Shown: piece by piece, positions 24,554 through 25,684 of the stretch
Layout of the letters: each line of letters opens with the position of its first letter
Numbering within the stretch: the stretch's first letter is position 1
From: a virus
Lineage: Duplodnaviria; Caudoviricetes
Reading direction: 5' to 3' (one strand)
DNA length: 25,684 bases
Virus record (IMG/VR): IMGVR_UViG_3300044657_000552
Span: 1-25,684 of that record
The notes under the pieces: model-generated
The model's database searches: none
Told to the model about the DNA's origin: nothing
What the model saw: only the letters and a program-made list of their open reading frames with translations
Program-made: the position numbers and the translations under genes

Positions 24554-24925
24554 AACAACAACCTCCTCAAGTCACCTGCTACACTACACCACGCCGGCAC
24601 CCCAACCCGGCAAACCGTTGGGGCCACCACTAGCACTGGTGAGCGTCGCCCGTCAAAGGGGCCTCAGAGTCATGCCCGAGACACGACGGCTCCCAGGGAC
24701 GGAGCGGACATGACCGCCAACACACAAAGCCGATAGTTGGCAGGCGATCAACCTAAACTGACGGAGGGACCCAGGGCACGGTCCCAACACAACACCACAC
24801 ACACACCACCAAACCAAAACCCCCAACACACACATAGCATGTTACTTACAGGCATGTGCCTCGGCACATACCCCCTTAGTGTTCCTCGTTCCTCGTCACT
24901 GTCGCAACCTGGGTCGGGTTTGGGC

Positions 24926-24970
24926 GTACGTGTGTTCGTGGGTACGTGTGTTCGTGCGTACGTGTGTTCG
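24926..24970. repeat. 16-bp tandem repeat, core GTACGTGTGTTCG x3
   Basis: Units start at 24926, 24942 and 24958. Confidence 0.9.
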
Positions 24971-25259
24971 GGTGGGGTCGGCAGGGTGAGGGTCGGCGCC
25001 GGCGTGCCCTATCGAAGGCCCCGAGGTCATCGAGCTCGCCGAGGTCCTCACCGAGATCCGCACCGAGCGCACCGAACCAGGCACCGAGCACAGCAAGACC
25101 AGCAGCCCACGAAACCGGCAGCCCATCGCTAGACATACGGATGGGAGGGAGTGCTAGCGCACGAGCGCGGGCGCTCGTTTGCTGTCGGGTTGGGTTCAGT
25201 CTCGCCGGCGGGCCTGGGCGTGTCGTTCGGTATCGCTGTGAGGAATGTTGTTGGAGTGC

Positions 25260-25289
25260 TTGCCCTTGTGTCACGCATCCGCCTATGAT
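25260..25289 (+). promoter_or_regulatory. Putative SigA-type promoter for rightward genes
   Basis: TTGCCC, 18 nt, TATGAT, located ~37 nt upstream of an ATG with GGGAGG SD. Confidence 0.55.
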
Positions 25290-25326
25290 GGGCGCACTAG
25301 CTACTACTGAGCCGGGAGGCTTGATC

Positions 25327-25611
25327 ATGACTACTAACTATGGAGATCGGCTGTTGTCGGTCGCGTTGGACGCTGAAGCAGCGTTTGAGAAGCATAAGGA
25401 ACCGTTCACCGAGTACAGCCGGCAGGACGGGTCCGCCGAGTTCCTAGGCGCTTACGCAACTGTTCGTTACTTAGGCGGAGAGGACGCAACGCACCTAGTC
25501 GTAGGTGTCAACCTCGCCGACTTCACCGTCTGCATTGTGAACGACGACGGAGGACGTACGCGGCTCAGCTTGCTTGACTTTGAGTCTTTCGACATTACCG
25601 AAAGAAGCTGA
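25327..25611 (+). CDS. Hypothetical (probably early) protein, 94 aa
   Basis: GGGAGG SD precedes the ATG at 25327 (MTTNYGDRLL...). The upstream part of the track ORF 24946..25611 runs through repeats and looks non-coding. Confidence 0.75.
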   Translation: MTTNYGDRLLSVALDAEAAFEKHKEPFTEYSRQDGSAEFLGAYATVRYLGGEDATHLVVGVNLADFTVCIVNDDGGRTRLSLLDFESFDITERS

Positions 25612-25621
25612 AGGAGAAGCC

Positions 25622-25684
25622 ATGCAGTTTCAACTAACCGCCCAAGTGAAGCTAGGAAATGCCGAGATGGTCAACGCGGTCGAC
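25622..25684 (+). CDS. Partial hypothetical protein (MQFQLTAQVKLGNAEMVNAVD...)
   Basis: AAGGAG SD just after the previous stop. Open to the window end. Confidence 0.65.
   Translation, partial: MQFQLTAQVKLGNAEMVNAVD

Noticed and set aside
3742-24591. 11-bp match ACACTACACCA at 3742-3752 and 24581-24591 (minus strand TGGTGTAGTGT) as a late-promoter motif
   Set aside because: Only two copies, in low-complexity C/A-biased sequence, and one lies directly before a terminator. The 24.58-kb copy could still be a -10 box, but no convincing -35 was found.
91-24736. Many long plus-strand ORFs (e.g. 111..1076, 3703..4767, 12761..13756, 15377..16456, 16732..17778, 20072..20914, 23846..24736)
   Set aside because: They are antisense shadows of a fully tiled minus-strand gene set. 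Their R/H-rich composition follows from the codon bias of the real genes, and they lack recognisable motifs.
24926-25090. CRISPR-like mini-array
   Set aside because: The repeats are short and head-to-tail, with no unique spacers of suitable length and no cas genes.
25268-25272. GACAC (WhiA-type) pentamers at the two predicted promoters (also 5307-5311)
   Set aside because: A 5-mer occurs often by chance, the orientation relative to transcription differs, and one copy is simply part of TTGACA.
24653-25328. Track ORFs in the divergent region (24653..24835, 24737..25132, 24876..25328, 24896..25126)
   Set aside because: They translate tandem repeats and skewed low-complexity DNA and have no protein-like composition.

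Overview
A ~25.7-kb segment of a tailed, podovirus-type phage genome, about 55-60% GC by eye. The host is probably an actinobacterium (inference). Almost the whole window is one minus-strand virion morphogenesis region. From ~24,550 leftward it holds: a Cys-tailed peptide; a GTA-like head-spike base; a fibre with four LamG-like domains; a cluster of tiny basic or Cys-rich proteins; terminase large subunit; portal; large internal-virion/ejection-type proteins; scaffold; N4-gp56-type major capsid; a tail fibre with an S74 chaperone domain; an FmdB-type zinc ribbon; an adaptor; and a truncated nozzle-like gene. The standout is a two-gene accessory cassette between the ejection genes and the scaffold promoter. 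It encodes a VUT/YhhQ queuosine-precursor transporter and a TGT-fold, DpdA-like transglycosylase. It is bounded by an exact 21-bp direct repeat (copies 1,223 bp apart) that supplies the same GLSNGA-stop ending to two unrelated genes. Other notable items: an 84-bp in-frame palindromic insertion in terL, a structured scaffold leader, several unannotated small ORFs, and a repeat- and G-tract-rich divergent non-coding region near 24.6-25.3 kb that may be the genome terminus or pac region. All family assignments come from motif recognition by eye; no database search was run.
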